Assembly (NCBI GenBank): GCA_964636395.1 | Contig: CAZWRQ010000002.1 | Location: 1 to 57,606, forward strand | Direction of reading: 5' to 3' | From: an uncultured Holophagales bacterium | Lineage (GTDB): Bacteria; Acidobacteriota; Thermoanaerobaculia; UBA5066 | DNA: 57,606 bases | Shown: piece by piece, positions 36,774-46,830 of the stretch | Layout of the letters: the number at the start of each line of letters is the position of its first letter | Position numbering within the stretch: position 1 is the stretch's first letter | Translations under genes and position numbers: made by a program | Notes under the pieces: generated by a model | What the model was told of the DNA's origin: nothing | The model's database searches: none | What the model saw: only the letters and a program-made list of their open reading frames with translations

Positions 36774-38126
36774 ATGACCGAACACTGCACGCCGCACCCG
36801 GAGGGCTCCGCGAAGGTCGCCACGCGAGGAACCGCGTCGCCGGAGCTCACGGAGACGGGGAAGCTCCGGATCCTCACGGCGCAGGAGATCGAGGCGGCGA
36901 GGAGCGAGACGGCGCGCACCCAGGAGGCGCTGAAGGAGAGCGAGGCGCGTTTCCGGACCCTCTTCGAGAGCAGCCCCAACGGGATCTTCATAACGGACCC
37001 GGAGACGCTCGAGATCCTCGACTGCAACACCCAGGCGTGCCGGATGAACGGGTACGCCCGCGAGGAGCTCGTCGGGCGGAGCATCAACCTCCTGCACCCT
37101 GAAGAGGTCCGGGCGCAGACGAAGGGGGGCCCGGAGGGCCGCGCGCGCTTCGTCGAGCAGCTGCGGGCGAAGGGTGTCATCACGGTCGAGTCGGTCCACG
37201 TCCGCAAGGACGGGACGACCTTCCCGATGGAGACGTCGATGTGCCTGCTCGAGCTCGGGGGGCGCGACGTCGTCATGGGGATCGACCGGGACATCAGCGA
37301 GCGAAAGCGGGCGGAGGAGGAGCTCGCGCGACACCGCGAGCACCTCGAGGAGCTCGTGGCCTCGCGCACGGCCGAGCTCGCCGTCGAGCGCGACCGGGCC
37401 GAGGCGGCCGACCGGCTCAAGTCGGCGTTCCTCGCCACGATGTCGCACGAGCTCCGGACGCCCCTCAACTCGATCATCGGGTTCACGGGAGTCCTCCTGA
37501 AGGGGCTCAGCGGTCCTCTGACGGAGGAGCAGTCCCGCCAGCTCGGGATGGTGAAGTCGAGCGCGCAGCACCTCCTCGCCCTGATCAACGACGTCCTCGA
37601 CCTTTCGAAGATCGAGGCGGGCCAGCTCCGCGTGTCGTCCGCGCCGTTCGTGCTGAGGGAGGCCGTCGAGGGATGCCTGCGCGCCCTCGCGCCGGCCGCC
37701 GAAAGGAAGGGCCTCTTCCTCGTGGCGGAGGTCGACCCCGCCATCGGGACGGTCCGGAGCGACCGGCGGCGCGTGGAGCAGGTCCTCCTGAACCTCGTCT
37801 CCAACGCGGTGAAGTTCACGGAGACGGGGAGCGTGACGGTGAGCGCCTCCCGCGAGGGTCCGTGGGTCGTCACACGCGTCCGCGACACCGGCATCGGCGT
37901 CGCCGCCGAGGACCTCCCGAACCTGTTCCGGCCGTTCCAGCAGCTCGAGTCGGGCCTCACCCGTCGCTTCGAAGGGACCGGCCTCGGGCTCTCCATCTGC
38001 CGGCGGCTCGCCGAGATGCTCCAGGGCGAGATCACCGTCGAGAGCGCTCCCGGCGCAGGGAGCACGTTCAGCTTCCGGCTTCCCGCCGGAGAGGCCCCGG
38101 CCGACATCGGCACGGAGGGGCGATGA
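36774..38126 (+). CDS. PAS-domain sensor histidine kinase
   Basis: ATG 36774 has GAGGA upstream (the ORF track starts at GTG 36699 with no SD). It has a PAS domain (FESSPNGIFITD), an H-box (MSHELRTPLNSIIGF) and a G2 box (GTGLGLSICRRL). Confidence 0.85.
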   Translation: MTEHCTPHPEGSAKVATRGTASPELTETGKLRILTAQEIEAARSETARTQEALKESEARFRTLFESSPNGIFITDPETLEILDCNTQACRMNGYAREELVGRSINLLHPEEVRAQTKGGPEGRARFVEQLRAKGVITVESVHVRKDGTTFPMETSMCLLELGGRDVVMGIDRDISERKRAEEELARHREHLEELVASRTAELAVERDRAEAADRLKSAFLATMSHELRTPLNSIIGFTGVLLKGLSGPLTEEQSRQLGMVKSSAQHLLALINDVLDLSKIEAGQLRVSSAPFVLREAVEGCLRALAPAAERKGLFLVAEVDPAIGTVRSDRRRVEQVLLNLVSNAVKFTETGSVTVSASREGPWVVTRVRDTGIGVAAEDLPNLFRPFQQLESGLTRRFEGTGLGLSICRRLAEMLQGEITVESAPGAGSTFSFRLPAGEAPADIGTEGR

Positions 38127-38503
38127 GCGGAAACGTCCTGGTCGTCGAGGACAACGAGCAGAACCTCTACCTCGTCCGTTTCCTGCTCGAGGGAGCCGGA
38201 TGGACCGTCGTCGCGGCGCCGGACGGCCCGCGTGCGCTCGAGGAGGCGCGGTCCGGCCGCTTCGAGCTCGTCCTCCTCGACATCCAGCTCCCCGGAATGG
38301 ACGGCCACGCCGTGGCGCGCGAGCTGCGCCGGATTCGGGCCCTCGACGGCGTCCCGATCGTGGCCGTCACGTCGTATGCGATGCTCGGCGACCGCGAACG
38401 CTGCCTCGAAGCCGGCTGCACCGGCTACGTCGAGAAGCCGATCAATCCCGACACGTTCCTCGACGAGGTCGTGAGCTACGTGCGACCGGAGGTCCGTCCG
38501 TGA
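38123..38503 (+). CDS. Single-domain response regulator (receiver only)
   Basis: ATG 38123 overlaps the kinase stop (ATGA). It has VLVVEDNEQN and the phospho-acceptor context LVLLDIQLPGMDG. Confidence 0.85.
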   Translation: MSGNVLVVEDNEQNLYLVRFLLEGAGWTVVAAPDGPRALEEARSGRFELVLLDIQLPGMDGHAVARELRRIRALDGVPIVAVTSYAMLGDRERCLEAGCTGYVEKPINPDTFLDEVVSYVRPEVRP

Positions 38504-40077
38504 CCCGCGTCCTCGTCGTGGACGACGAATCGCAGAACCGATACCTCCTCGAGGTCCTCCTCGGGGGCGAGGGGCTCGAGGTGGAGTCGGCCTCGAACGG
38601 CCGCGAGGCCCTCGCCGCGGCCCGGCGCCGCGCTCCCGACCTCGTCATCTCCGACATCCTGATGCCCGAGATGGACGGTTTCCTCCTCTGCCGCGCGATG
38701 AAGGGGGACGCGTCCCTCCGGAACGTGCCGTTCGTCTTCTACACCGCGACCTATACCGAGGCCGAGGACGAGCGGGTCGCCCTCGAGGCGGGAGGAGACC
38801 TCTTCCTCCGCAAGCCGACGGAGCCGGACACCCTGCTCGCCGCGATCCGGCGGCTCCTCGAGGAGAGGATCCCGGTGAGCGACGACGCGCGGACGGGAGG
38901 CCTCGCCGAGGAGGTCGCGTTCCTGGCCCGGCACGACCAGGCGCTGGCCCGGAAGCTCGAGAAGAAGCACCACGAGCTGCAGGAGAGCGAGGCGCGCTAC
39001 CGGAGCTATTTCCGGAGCTCGCCGGTGGCGATCCTCGTGACCGACGACGCGGGGCGGCTGCTCGACGTCAACCCGGCGGCGAGCCTCCTTTCCGGGTACG
39101 ACGCCGTCGAGCTGCTCGGCGCGAACGTCTCGTTCCTGCTGGGCGAAGGGGGCGGCGACTCGCCCCTCCGGCTCGCGGCCGGCGAGCCGTCCGCCCCCTC
39201 CCGGACGACCGAGTGGCGCCTCCGGCGGAAGGACGGCACGCCCCGGCACGTCTCCCTCACGGCGATCCGGCTGGAGGACGGCCGCGTCCTGGCGTTCTGC
39301 GAGGACGACACGGAGCGGGTCCGCGCGCAGGAGGCGGTGCTGAAGGCGAACGCCGAGCTCGAGACGAGGGTCCGGGAACGGACCGCCCAGCTCGAGCACC
39401 TCAACCGCGAGCTCGAGGCGTTCACCTCCTCCGTCTCGCACGACCTGCGCGCGCCGCTCCGAGCGCTCGACGGCTACGCGGCGCTGCTGGCGGAGGAAGA
39501 GGATCGCCTCGACGAGGACGGCCGCCGGCACCTCGGCGCGATCCGGCGAAACGTCCGCCGGATGTCCGAGCTGGTGGAGAGTCTCCTCGCCCTCTCGAGA
39601 GCCGGGCGCCAGCCGCTCCGGACGGGACCGATCGACATGGAGCGCCTCGCCCGCTCCGTGCTCGACGAGCTGCTCGTCCCCGGGGAGCGCGAGAGGACCG
39701 ACGTCCTCATTCACCCTCTCCCGGCCGCAGTCGGCGACGAGAGCCTCGTCCGCCAGGTGCTCGCGAACCTCGTCGGGAACGCCCTCAAGTTCAGCGCGCG
39801 GCAAGACCGCAGGCGACTCGAGATCGGCGCCCGAAACGAGGGAGGGCGGACCTTCTGGTTCGTCTCGGACGACGGAATCGGCTTCGAGCCCGCGCAGGCG
39901 GAGAGGATCTTCCGGACTTTCGAAAGGCTCCCCGGCGCCGAGGGTTTCGAGGGGACCGGGGTCGGGCTCGCCGTAGTGCGGCGGATCGTCGAGCGCCACG
40001 GGGGCGTCGTCCGGGCCGAAGGCGCGCCCGGGGCAGGCGCGACGATCTCGTTCTCTCTGGAGGAAGGCGCCGGCTGA
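38500..40077 (+). CDS. Hybrid receiver-PAS-histidine kinase
   Basis: GTG 38500 overlaps the upstream stop (GTGA). It has a receiver (LVISDILMPEMDG), a PAS domain, an H-box (SVSHDLRAPLRAL) and an HATPase domain (GTGVGLAVVRRIV). Confidence 0.85.
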   Translation: MTRVLVVDDESQNRYLLEVLLGGEGLEVESASNGREALAAARRRAPDLVISDILMPEMDGFLLCRAMKGDASLRNVPFVFYTATYTEAEDERVALEAGGDLFLRKPTEPDTLLAAIRRLLEERIPVSDDARTGGLAEEVAFLARHDQALARKLEKKHHELQESEARYRSYFRSSPVAILVTDDAGRLLDVNPAASLLSGYDAVELLGANVSFLLGEGGGDSPLRLAAGEPSAPSRTTEWRLRRKDGTPRHVSLTAIRLEDGRVLAFCEDDTERVRAQEAVLKANAELETRVRERTAQLEHLNRELEAFTSSVSHDLRAPLRALDGYAALLAEEEDRLDEDGRRHLGAIRRNVRRMSELVESLLALSRAGRQPLRTGPIDMERLARSVLDELLVPGERERTDVLIHPLPAAVGDESLVRQVLANLVGNALKFSARQDRRRLEIGARNEGGRTFWFVSDDGIGFEPAQAERIFRTFERLPGAEGFEGTGVGLAVVRRIVERHGGVVRAEGAPGAGATISFSLEEGAG

Positions 40078-40084
40078 AGGAGGT

Positions 40085-40570
40085 TCAGCCCGGGAGGACC
40101 TTCTCGATCGCGGCCGCGAGGCTCTCCGGGGCGTCGTTCGGGGCGAATCGGGTCACCGTCGTGCTCCCCGGGGCGACGAGGAATTTCGTGAAGTTCCACT
40201 TGATCGCCTCGGTCCCGAGCAGCCCCGGAGCCGCCTTCTTCAGGTGCCGAAAGAGCGGATGGGCGCCGTCCCCGTTCACCTCCACCTTCGCGAACATCGG
40301 GAACGTCACGCCGTAAGTCCGCGAGCAGAAGGCCTGGATCTCCTCCTCGCTTCCCGGCTCCTGGTGGCCGAACTGGTCGCACGGGAAGCCGAGGACGACG
40401 AGGCCCCGGTCGCGGTACTTCCTCCAGAGCGCCTCGAGCCCCGAGTACTGCGGCGTGAAGCCGCACTTGCTCGCGACGTTCACGACGAGGAGCGCCTTCC
40501 CCGCGTGCTTCGCGAGCGTCTCGGCCTTCCCGTCGATCGTCCGGACCTCGATGCCGTCGAGAGATCCCAT
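40085..40570 (-). CDS. Glutathione peroxidase (Cys-type)
   Basis: It has LLVVNVASKCGFTPQY, with Cys rather than UGA at the active site, plus GFPCDQFGHQEPG and WNFTKFLV. Confidence 0.9.
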   Translation of the reverse strand: MGSLDGIEVRTIDGKAETLAKHAGKALLVVNVASKCGFTPQYSGLEALWRKYRDRGLVVLGFPCDQFGHQEPGSEEEIQAFCSRTYGVTFPMFAKVEVNGDGAHPLFRHLKKAAPGLLGTEAIKWNFTKFLVAPGSTTVTRFAPNDAPESLAAAIEKVLPG

Positions 40571-40648
40571 CCCGCTCCTCCTTCGAGTCCCCCTACGCCC
40601 CCGGCCGGAGGTCGGATCGCGGCCCGGAACGAGAGCGTTGCTCGCCCT

Positions 40649-40891
40649 CTAGGGAAGCTTCTCGTGCGTCCCGTCGCAGAACGGGGCGTTCCCGGTCCGC
40701 TTGCACTGGCAGAGCCACGCCTCCTTCGCCTCCTCGGCTTTCCAGACGAGGGGCGCGAGCTCCGTCCCCCGGTGCGAGCCGTCGCAGAACGGCTGGCTCT
40801 TCGAGAGCCCGCAACGGCACCAGGCGTACGTCTTCCCCGCCTCGAGGCTCACGCGGACGGGCTCCTGCGCGGCGATCTTCGGCTCGGACAT
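40649..40891 (-). CDS. CDGSH-type iron-sulfur domain protein (two CDGSH motifs)
   Basis: Two motifs are present: CRCGLSKSQPFCDGSH and CQCKRTGNAPFCDGTH. Confidence 0.85.
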   Translation of the reverse strand: MSEPKIAAQEPVRVSLEAGKTYAWCRCGLSKSQPFCDGSHRGTELAPLVWKAEEAKEAWLCQCKRTGNAPFCDGTHEKLP

Positions 40892-40964
40892 CGGCGTCCT
40901 CCTCGGCGCAGCGGTCGTGGCCGCGACATCATAGCGTCGCGCCCGGCCGTTCTCGCACGCAGGG

Positions 40965-42341
40965 TCAGAACGCCAGGTTCAGCTCCGCGCGGGCGAAGTA
41001 CGACTCGTCCCTCCGGTGAGCGGCGTAGAAGTCGCCCGGGCGGAAGTACTCGGCGTGGAGGTGCGCCGAGACGTGTGCGTCGAACGCCTTGCGCCAACGC
41101 CCCGTGACGAGCAGCCCGCGGTCTCGGCCCCCTCCGAGGTTCGCCGCCTGCGCGGCGTAACGGGCGTTCCTCTCGTCCGCGCCGAGGAGGTGGAAGTCCA
41201 GCGCGAGCGACGAGTCCGCCCCGAGCTGCAGCAGGAGCCCCGCGCCGAGCCGCCGCACGTTCGTCGCCTCGCCCACGCGGGAGTCGAGCGGCCACTGGTA
41301 GATCAGGAGCTCGCTCCACTGCGGCCAGCGGCCCCAGAGGGGGTCGAACGCTTCGTCGCGGCCGCTCGCCGGGTCGTCGCCCGAGAGGTGCTCGAACCCC
41401 AGGTGCGCTCGGTGCTCGCGGCCCCGGCCGAACCGCCGCGTCACCCGCCCGGTGACCCCGAACGATCGGAGGTCGCTGCCGTTGCGCCGACCGCTCTGGG
41501 CCGCTCCTTCGGCCTTCAGCTCCCAGCCCGCCGCCGGTACGACCTCGACACGCCCTCCGAGCGTGAGGACCTCTCCCGAGTCGGAAGGAGAAGGGAAGGG
41601 AGCCCCGTTGTTCACGCGGAGGTTCCCCGAAGCCGCGTTCGCACGTGCGTCTTTCCAGACGACGTACGCGTCGAGCTTCGTCCGCTTCACGAGCCTTTCG
41701 TCGTGCGCCCAGAGGATCGCCCCGCGCTCGCCCTGCTCCAGCTGGTCTTCGGAGCCGCCGAGGAGCGGACGAGGGAATCGCCCGGTGTCCGCGGACTGGT
41801 CGAGCCAGACGAGGTCGATCGTCCTTCCCGCCGAGGCGGCGCCGAACGTGAGCCGGGCGGCGTCGAAGTAGCCCGTCCGCGAGCCGTCGATCGGCGTCCC
41901 GTCCTGCACGAGCCAGCCGTCGCCGAGGAGGATCTCCTGTCGCCCGACCCGAGCGACGAACGGCAGCCTGCCGGGGGCCTCGACTTCGAGCGCGAGGAGG
42001 TCGAAGAGGAGCGCCCCGCCGTACCACGACTCGAAGCCCGCCACCGGCCAGGCGGCGCCGTCGGGCTTCGCGTAGTGCCGGCCTTCCCAGAGGAGCCTCG
42101 CGGTCGCGCGGACCGGACCGGCCAGCGCCGCGTCGGCGCGGAGCCGGAGACGATAGCGCTGGAACGTCCGGTCGGCGTTCGGATCGACGTCCCTGAGGCC
42201 GACGTTGCCGAGGACCGTATGCCGCAGGCGGAGGTCGCCCGAGAGCGTGAACCGCTCGTCCGCCCTCGCCACGGCGCCGGCTGCGAGCAGGAACGTCGCG
42301 GCGAGCAGCCGGCTCGAGCGACCTCCGAGCCGGAGCTTCAC
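40965..42341 (-). CDS. Outer-membrane beta-barrel protein (possibly alginate-export-like porin)
   Basis: It has a signal peptide (LLAATFLLAAGAVARA), an alternating beta-strand pattern and a C-terminal ...RAELNLAF. The family assignment is tentative. Confidence 0.55.
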   Translation of the reverse strand: MKLRLGGRSSRLLAATFLLAAGAVARADERFTLSGDLRLRHTVLGNVGLRDVDPNADRTFQRYRLRLRADAALAGPVRATARLLWEGRHYAKPDGAAWPVAGFESWYGGALLFDLLALEVEAPGRLPFVARVGRQEILLGDGWLVQDGTPIDGSRTGYFDAARLTFGAASAGRTIDLVWLDQSADTGRFPRPLLGGSEDQLEQGERGAILWAHDERLVKRTKLDAYVVWKDARANAASGNLRVNNGAPFPSPSDSGEVLTLGGRVEVVPAAGWELKAEGAAQSGRRNGSDLRSFGVTGRVTRRFGRGREHRAHLGFEHLSGDDPASGRDEAFDPLWGRWPQWSELLIYQWPLDSRVGEATNVRRLGAGLLLQLGADSSLALDFHLLGADERNARYAAQAANLGGGRDRGLLVTGRWRKAFDAHVSAHLHAEYFRPGDFYAAHRRDESYFARAELNLAF

Positions 42342-42506
42342 GGCCGGTCCCGCCCCGACGTCCTGCGAGCCATCGCGTCAGGATAGGGGCGCGAAGCGGG
42401 CGGGACAAGCGCGGATCGGGCGGGCGGGGGCGGCCGTCTCACGAGCGGCGGCGAGGCCCCTGTCCCTCGCCTGCTCCAGCCGCGTCCCGCTTCGTCCCGA
42501 GGCCCG

Positions 42507-45500
42507 TCAGTCCGACGCCGGCACGAAGGCCCCGTCGTCGCTCCTCTGCTGGGGGGCGCCGCCGTCGTTGATGACGGCGTAGGCGAGGAACGGGTTGGCG
42601 CCGGAGGTCCGCCGCACGCGCGCGTAGCCGTTCGTGACGCCGGGCGCCCACCGCGACAGCACCACGTTCTCCTGCCTCCACCTCCGGGCCTTCACGACGA
42701 TGCCGCTCTCGGTGTGGACGAGCCGTCCGGTCGCGCCGTCGTAGACGTCGACCGCGAAGACGTCCTCGCCGCCGCCGCCCTCCCCGGTGTTCACGATCGC
42801 GAGGTTCGTCCGGTTCGTCGCGTCCTGCCGGAGGCCGTAGATCCAGGCCGAGTCGTCGGAGCCGGCGCCCGCCGGCGTGGCCGGGTAGAAGAGACCGTAG
42901 CGGCCGCCGCCCCCGGGCGAGGAGGTGCGGGCACCGACGACGATGCCGGAGAGGTCGCCGTCCGCCGACGTGACGAAGAGGGCGCCGACGTACCCGCTCC
43001 CGGCGGCGCCGATCCCCGGGGCGCCGTGGTCGCGGAAGTACTGAAAGACGTTCGGGAGGATCGCCTGCGACCCGGCGCCGAGCGGGAGCGCGACCGAGGC
43101 GGCGTTCCCCGCGAGGCCGACCTGGTCGGAGACGAACGTGAGCGTGAGCGTCCGCGCGCGGTCCGACCAGTTCGTCGCCACGAGCTCGCTCGTGTAGACG
43201 CCCGACTCCAGGACGACCGGGACCGTCAGGCCGGAGAGGGAGACGGTCGTCGCGGGCTGCGGCGGGACGAAGGAGCCGTCGGAGTTCGCCTGGTCGTTCA
43301 CGACGCCGTAGGCGTAGAAGGGCGCCGCGCCGCCGACACGTTCCACCTTCACGTAGCCGTTCGTCAGCCCGTGCAGGCCGAGGATGCCGCTCACCTGCAG
43401 GAACCCGCCGGGCGGAAGGGTCTCGTCGGCGCGGACGAAACGCGCCGACGAGTCGCCGGAGCAGACGGTGAGGCGGAGCGTGACGGTCCCGTCCGCCGGA
43501 CCGCCCGCGTTCTGGATCGCCACGTTCGATCGGTCCGTCGCGTTCTCGCGGAGCCCGCAGACCCAGGCCGTCCCCGCGAGAGCCTTCCAGACCGGAACGG
43601 AGCCGTAGGCGAGCCCCGCCTGCCCGTTCGACACGGCCGTCGTCGTCCGGACGGTGGCGGCCACTTCCGACAGCGACGAGACGCCGCTGACCCCGACCGC
43701 GAGGGTCCCTCCCCTGTTCCCCGAGGACGGGACCGGCGCGCCGAGCCGCAGGAGGTAGGCGAGGGCGTCGGGCTCGACGACCTGCCGGCCCGCCGGCAGC
43801 GTCAGCTCCGCCGAGCCGGAGCCGCCGCCGATCGTCCCGGCGCCCGTGTAGGCGAGCCGGACGTGGGCGTCGCGGGAAGAGCGGTTCGTCAGCGTCAGCT
43901 CGGACGTGTAGTGCGACGGGGCGACGCCGAAGACGTCGAGGACGACCGGGACGAACAGGACCCCCTCGGTCGAGGGCGTGCCGCCCGACTGGTCGACGGT
44001 GAACGTCGCCGTCCCGATCCGGAGCGTCCCGGAGCGCGACGACGGATCGAGGTTCGGCGCGACCGAGTAGGTGAGCGAGCCGGAGCCGGCGCCTCTCCCG
44101 CCCTCCGTGACGACGACCCATGGGACCTCCGACGCCGCCGTCCATGGACAGCCGGCGGAGGAGGTCACCTGGATCGAGCCGCGTCCCCCCGCGGCCGCGA
44201 ACGACTGCGAGAAGGGAGGGTTCAGGCCCGTGAAGCCGCACGAGACGATCTGAAACGGGGCGTCGCTCGTGTCCGAGGCGGCGCCGCCGACGTCGCTCAC
44301 CCGGACGTGGCAGACGGGAGACATCGACTCCGCGACCATCCACGGGTAGGAGCCCGTGTTCGGGACGCTCGCGACGATCGTCTTCGGGTCGACCAGCTCC
44401 CCGCCCCAGGGCGACGTCGTCGAGTACTCGATCCTCACGTTCGCGATGGGACCCGTCGAGGTCCAGGTGATCGGCTGGGTGGTCCCCGCCGGCCAGACCT
44501 CGCCGCCGTTCGGCGAGGTGACCCGGAGCGTCGGAGCGCCGCCCGAGCCGACCGTCATCGCGAAGACGCCGCCGCCGTTCGTCCCCGCGTAGAGACGCGT
44601 GTGGTCGGACGGGTCGATCGCGAGCGCGTTCACGTCGAGGTTCGTGAGGCCCGCGTCGAGGTGGTTCCAGGTCGCGCCCCCGTCGGCCGTGTGGACGACG
44701 CCGTTCGACCCCGCCGCGTAGAACGTGCCGGGAGCGGCCCGGTCGGCCACGAGGTCCCCGTCGGATCCCCAGAGGTCCACGACGCCGTTCCAGGTCGCTC
44801 CCCCGTCCGTGGTTCGCGCCACGCCGCTCATCCCGAGGACGAGGACGGTCGAGGACGTCGTCGGGTGGACGGCGATCGCCGAGATCCCCATCGGGGCCGC
44901 CCCGGAGACCGCGCTCCAGGTCGCGCCGCCGTTCATGCTCTTCTGGAGCCCGCCGAACGTCATCGCGGCCCAGACGACCCGGGGGTCGATGGGGTCGACG
45001 GCGATCGCGTTCACGAAGCTGTGGCCGGGGCCGGTGTAGACCGGCGTCCAGTGGAGGCCTCGATCGACGCTCTTGTAGACGTGGTCCGTCGTCCCGGCAT
45101 AGACGACGTGCGGCGAGGTCGGGTCGATGACGACGCAGTACGCCGAGTCCAGGAGGACGGGGGTGTACGTGGCGCCGCCGTCGGCGCTCCGGGCGAGGGC
45201 GCCTCCGGTCGCTGCGTAGACGATGGCGGGGTCCGACGGGTCGAAAGCGAGCGCGAACGTCTCGTATCCGGTCGTCACGGCGTTCCAGCTCGCGCCGCCG
45301 CTCGTCGTGACCGCGTAGCCGCTCGGCGTCCCGGCGACTATGGTCGACGGGCTCGCGGGCGAGACCGCGAGCGCCTTCACCTCGACGCCCGCGGGGCCGA
45401 TCGGGGCCCATGTGTTCGTCGCCGCGTCCAGGCGCAGGGACGTGGCGCACAGGACGCTCGCGAGCGCGAGGAGCGCGGCCGCGGATCGCGGGCCGCTCTC

Positions 45501-45560
45501 TTCCCGAGAACCGGCGCCGTCGCGCCGCGTGCCTTCGGCCGGATACACCGTTTCGTACAT
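42507..45560 (-). CDS. Large secreted protein: BNR/Asp-box (Ycf48/sialidase-like) beta-propeller, then Ig/BACON-like domains and two tandem copies of an uncharacterised ~235-aa domain
   Basis: ATG 45560 has AGGAGG upstream. SxDGGxTW-type repeats recur many times ([51 protein letters not shown]). It also has a [14 protein letters not shown]...FTVDQ module and a duplicated C-terminal domain. Confidence 0.75.
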   Translation of the reverse strand: MYETVYPAEGTRRDGAGSREESGPRSAAALLALASVLCATSLRLDAATNTWAPIGPAGVEVKALAVSPASPSTIVAGTPSGYAVTTSGGASWNAVTTGYETFALAFDPSDPAIVYAATGGALARSADGGATYTPVLLDSAYCVVIDPTSPHVVYAGTTDHVYKSVDRGLHWTPVYTGPGHSFVNAIAVDPIDPRVVWAAMTFGGLQKSMNGGATWSAVSGAAPMGISAIAVHPTTSSTVLVLGMSGVARTTDGGATWNGVVDLWGSDGDLVADRAAPGTFYAAGSNGVVHTADGGATWNHLDAGLTNLDVNALAIDPSDHTRLYAGTNGGGVFAMTVGSGGAPTLRVTSPNGGEVWPAGTTQPITWTSTGPIANVRIEYSTTSPWGGELVDPKTIVASVPNTGSYPWMVAESMSPVCHVRVSDVGGAASDTSDAPFQIVSCGFTGLNPPFSQSFAAAGGRGSIQVTSSAGCPWTAASEVPWVVVTEGGRGAGSGSLTYSVAPNLDPSSRSGTLRIGTATFTVDQSGGTPSTEGVLFVPVVLDVFGVAPSHYTSELTLTNRSSRDAHVRLAYTGAGTIGGGSGSAELTLPAGRQVVEPDALAYLLRLGAPVPSSGNRGGTLAVGVSGVSSLSEVAATVRTTTAVSNGQAGLAYGSVPVWKALAGTAWVCGLRENATDRSNVAIQNAGGPADGTVTLRLTVCSGDSSARFVRADETLPPGGFLQVSGILGLHGLTNGYVKVERVGGAAPFYAYGVVNDQANSDGSFVPPQPATTVSLSGLTVPVVLESGVYTSELVATNWSDRARTLTLTFVSDQVGLAGNAASVALPLGAGSQAILPNVFQYFRDHGAPGIGAAGSGYVGALFVTSADGDLSGIVVGARTSSPGGGGRYGLFYPATPAGAGSDDSAWIYGLRQDATNRTNLAIVNTGEGGGGEDVFAVDVYDGATGRLVHTESGIVVKARRWRQENVVLSRWAPGVTNGYARVRRTSGANPFLAYAVINDGGAPQQRSDDGAFVPASD

Positions 45561-45814
45561 GGGCGTCTTCCTCCTGCCCGTCCGGGCGCGAAGACCCGGG
45601 CAAACGCCCGGGGAGACGATGGATCTGGAGCGGGGTTCGAACGATAGGCCGCGCTCGCGGCCCTCGCAACAAAGCGGACCTGACCGGGACGGATGGGCCT
45701 GTGAGCACCCCGCGCGCGGGCGGGCGAGCTCGTCTCTCCGGAGCGTCCCGCGTGCTACGTTCTCGCCGTGCGGGCGCGGGCCACCGCCCCTCCATCCCGC
45801 GCAGGAGGTCGCCC

Positions 45815-46801
45815 ATGGAATCACGCACGCTCGGAACGCAGGGCCTCGTCGTCTCGGCCCAGGGGCTCGGTTGCATGGGGATGTCGGAGTTCTACGCGGG
45901 GCGCGACGACGCCGAGTCGGTCGCGACGGTCCACCGCGCGCTCGACCTCGGCGTCACGTTCCTCGACACGGCCGACATGTACGGCCCGCACACGAACGAG
46001 CTCCTCGTCGGAAAGGCGATCCGCGGGAGGCGGAGCGAGGTCGTCCTCGCGACGAAGTTCGGGAACATGCGCGGGGCCGACGGGGCCTTCCTCGGCGTCA
46101 ACGGCCGGCCCGAGTACGTCCGGTCGTGCTGCGAGGGCTCCCTCGCGCGCCTCGGGGTCGAGGTGATCGACCTCTACTACCAGCACCGCGTCGACAAGTC
46201 CGTCCCGATCGAGGAGACGGTCGGCGCGATGTCCGAGCTCGTGAAGGAGGGGAAGGTCCGCTTCCTCGGGCTCTCGGAGGCCTCCCCCGCCACGATCCGC
46301 CGGGCGCACGCCGTCCACCCGGTCTCCGCGCTCCAGACCGAGTACTCCCTCTGGACGCGGGACCCCGAGGAGGGCCCCCTGGCGGTCTGCCGCGAGCTCG
46401 GCATCGGGTTCGTCGCCTACAGCCCGCTCGGCCGAGGGTTTCTCACGGGGCGGTTCCGGCGCTTCGCGGACCTCCCCGAAGGGGACTACCGCCGCCTCGC
46501 CCCGCGCTTCCAGGGCGAGAACTTCGCGAAGAACCTCGACGTCCTCGCGAAGGTCGAGGAGATCTCGCGCGAGAAGGGGTGCACGCCGGCCCAGCTCGCC
46601 CTCGCCTGGCTCCACGCGCAGGGGGCTGACGTCGTCCCGATCCCCGGCACGAAGCGCCGCGCCCGACTCGAGGAGAACGTCGGCGCGCTCGGCGTCTCGC
46701 TCGCCCCCGCCGACCTCGCGCGGATCGAAGCCGTCGCCCCGAAGGGATTCACCGCGGGGCCGCGCTACCCGGAGATGGCGATGAGGGCGATCGACGCCTG
46801 A
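45815..46801 (+). CDS. Aldo/keto reductase
   Basis: ATG 45815 has AGGAGG at 45803-45808. It has [27 protein letters not shown] and [13 protein letters not shown]. Confidence 0.9.
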   Translation: MESRTLGTQGLVVSAQGLGCMGMSEFYAGRDDAESVATVHRALDLGVTFLDTADMYGPHTNELLVGKAIRGRRSEVVLATKFGNMRGADGAFLGVNGRPEYVRSCCEGSLARLGVEVIDLYYQHRVDKSVPIEETVGAMSELVKEGKVRFLGLSEASPATIRRAHAVHPVSALQTEYSLWTRDPEEGPLAVCRELGIGFVAYSPLGRGFLTGRFRRFADLPEGDYRRLAPRFQGENFAKNLDVLAKVEEISREKGCTPAQLALAWLHAQGADVVPIPGTKRRARLEENVGALGVSLAPADLARIEAVAPKGFTAGPRYPEMAMRAIDA

Positions 46802-46804
46802 GGT

Positions 46805-46830
46805 GAGCGGCCCCGACCGGGGCGCCGCTC
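46805..46830. terminator. Hairpin between convergent genes (candidate bidirectional terminator)
   Basis: GAGCGGC-CCC..GGG-C-GCCGCTC gives a 7 + 3 bp stem. It overlaps the stop of the minus-strand OMP gene. Confidence 0.4.

Noticed and set aside
40085-40570. Checked whether the glutathione peroxidase is a selenoprotein, given the Sec-type selD.
   Set aside because: The active-site position is encoded by TGC (ASKCGF) and the ORF is uninterrupted, so it is Cys-type.
45634-45642. GGTTCGAAC, a tRNA T-loop-like string in the BNR/AKR intergenic region.
   Set aside because: The flanking bases do not form a T-stem, and no acceptor or anticodon arms can be drawn.
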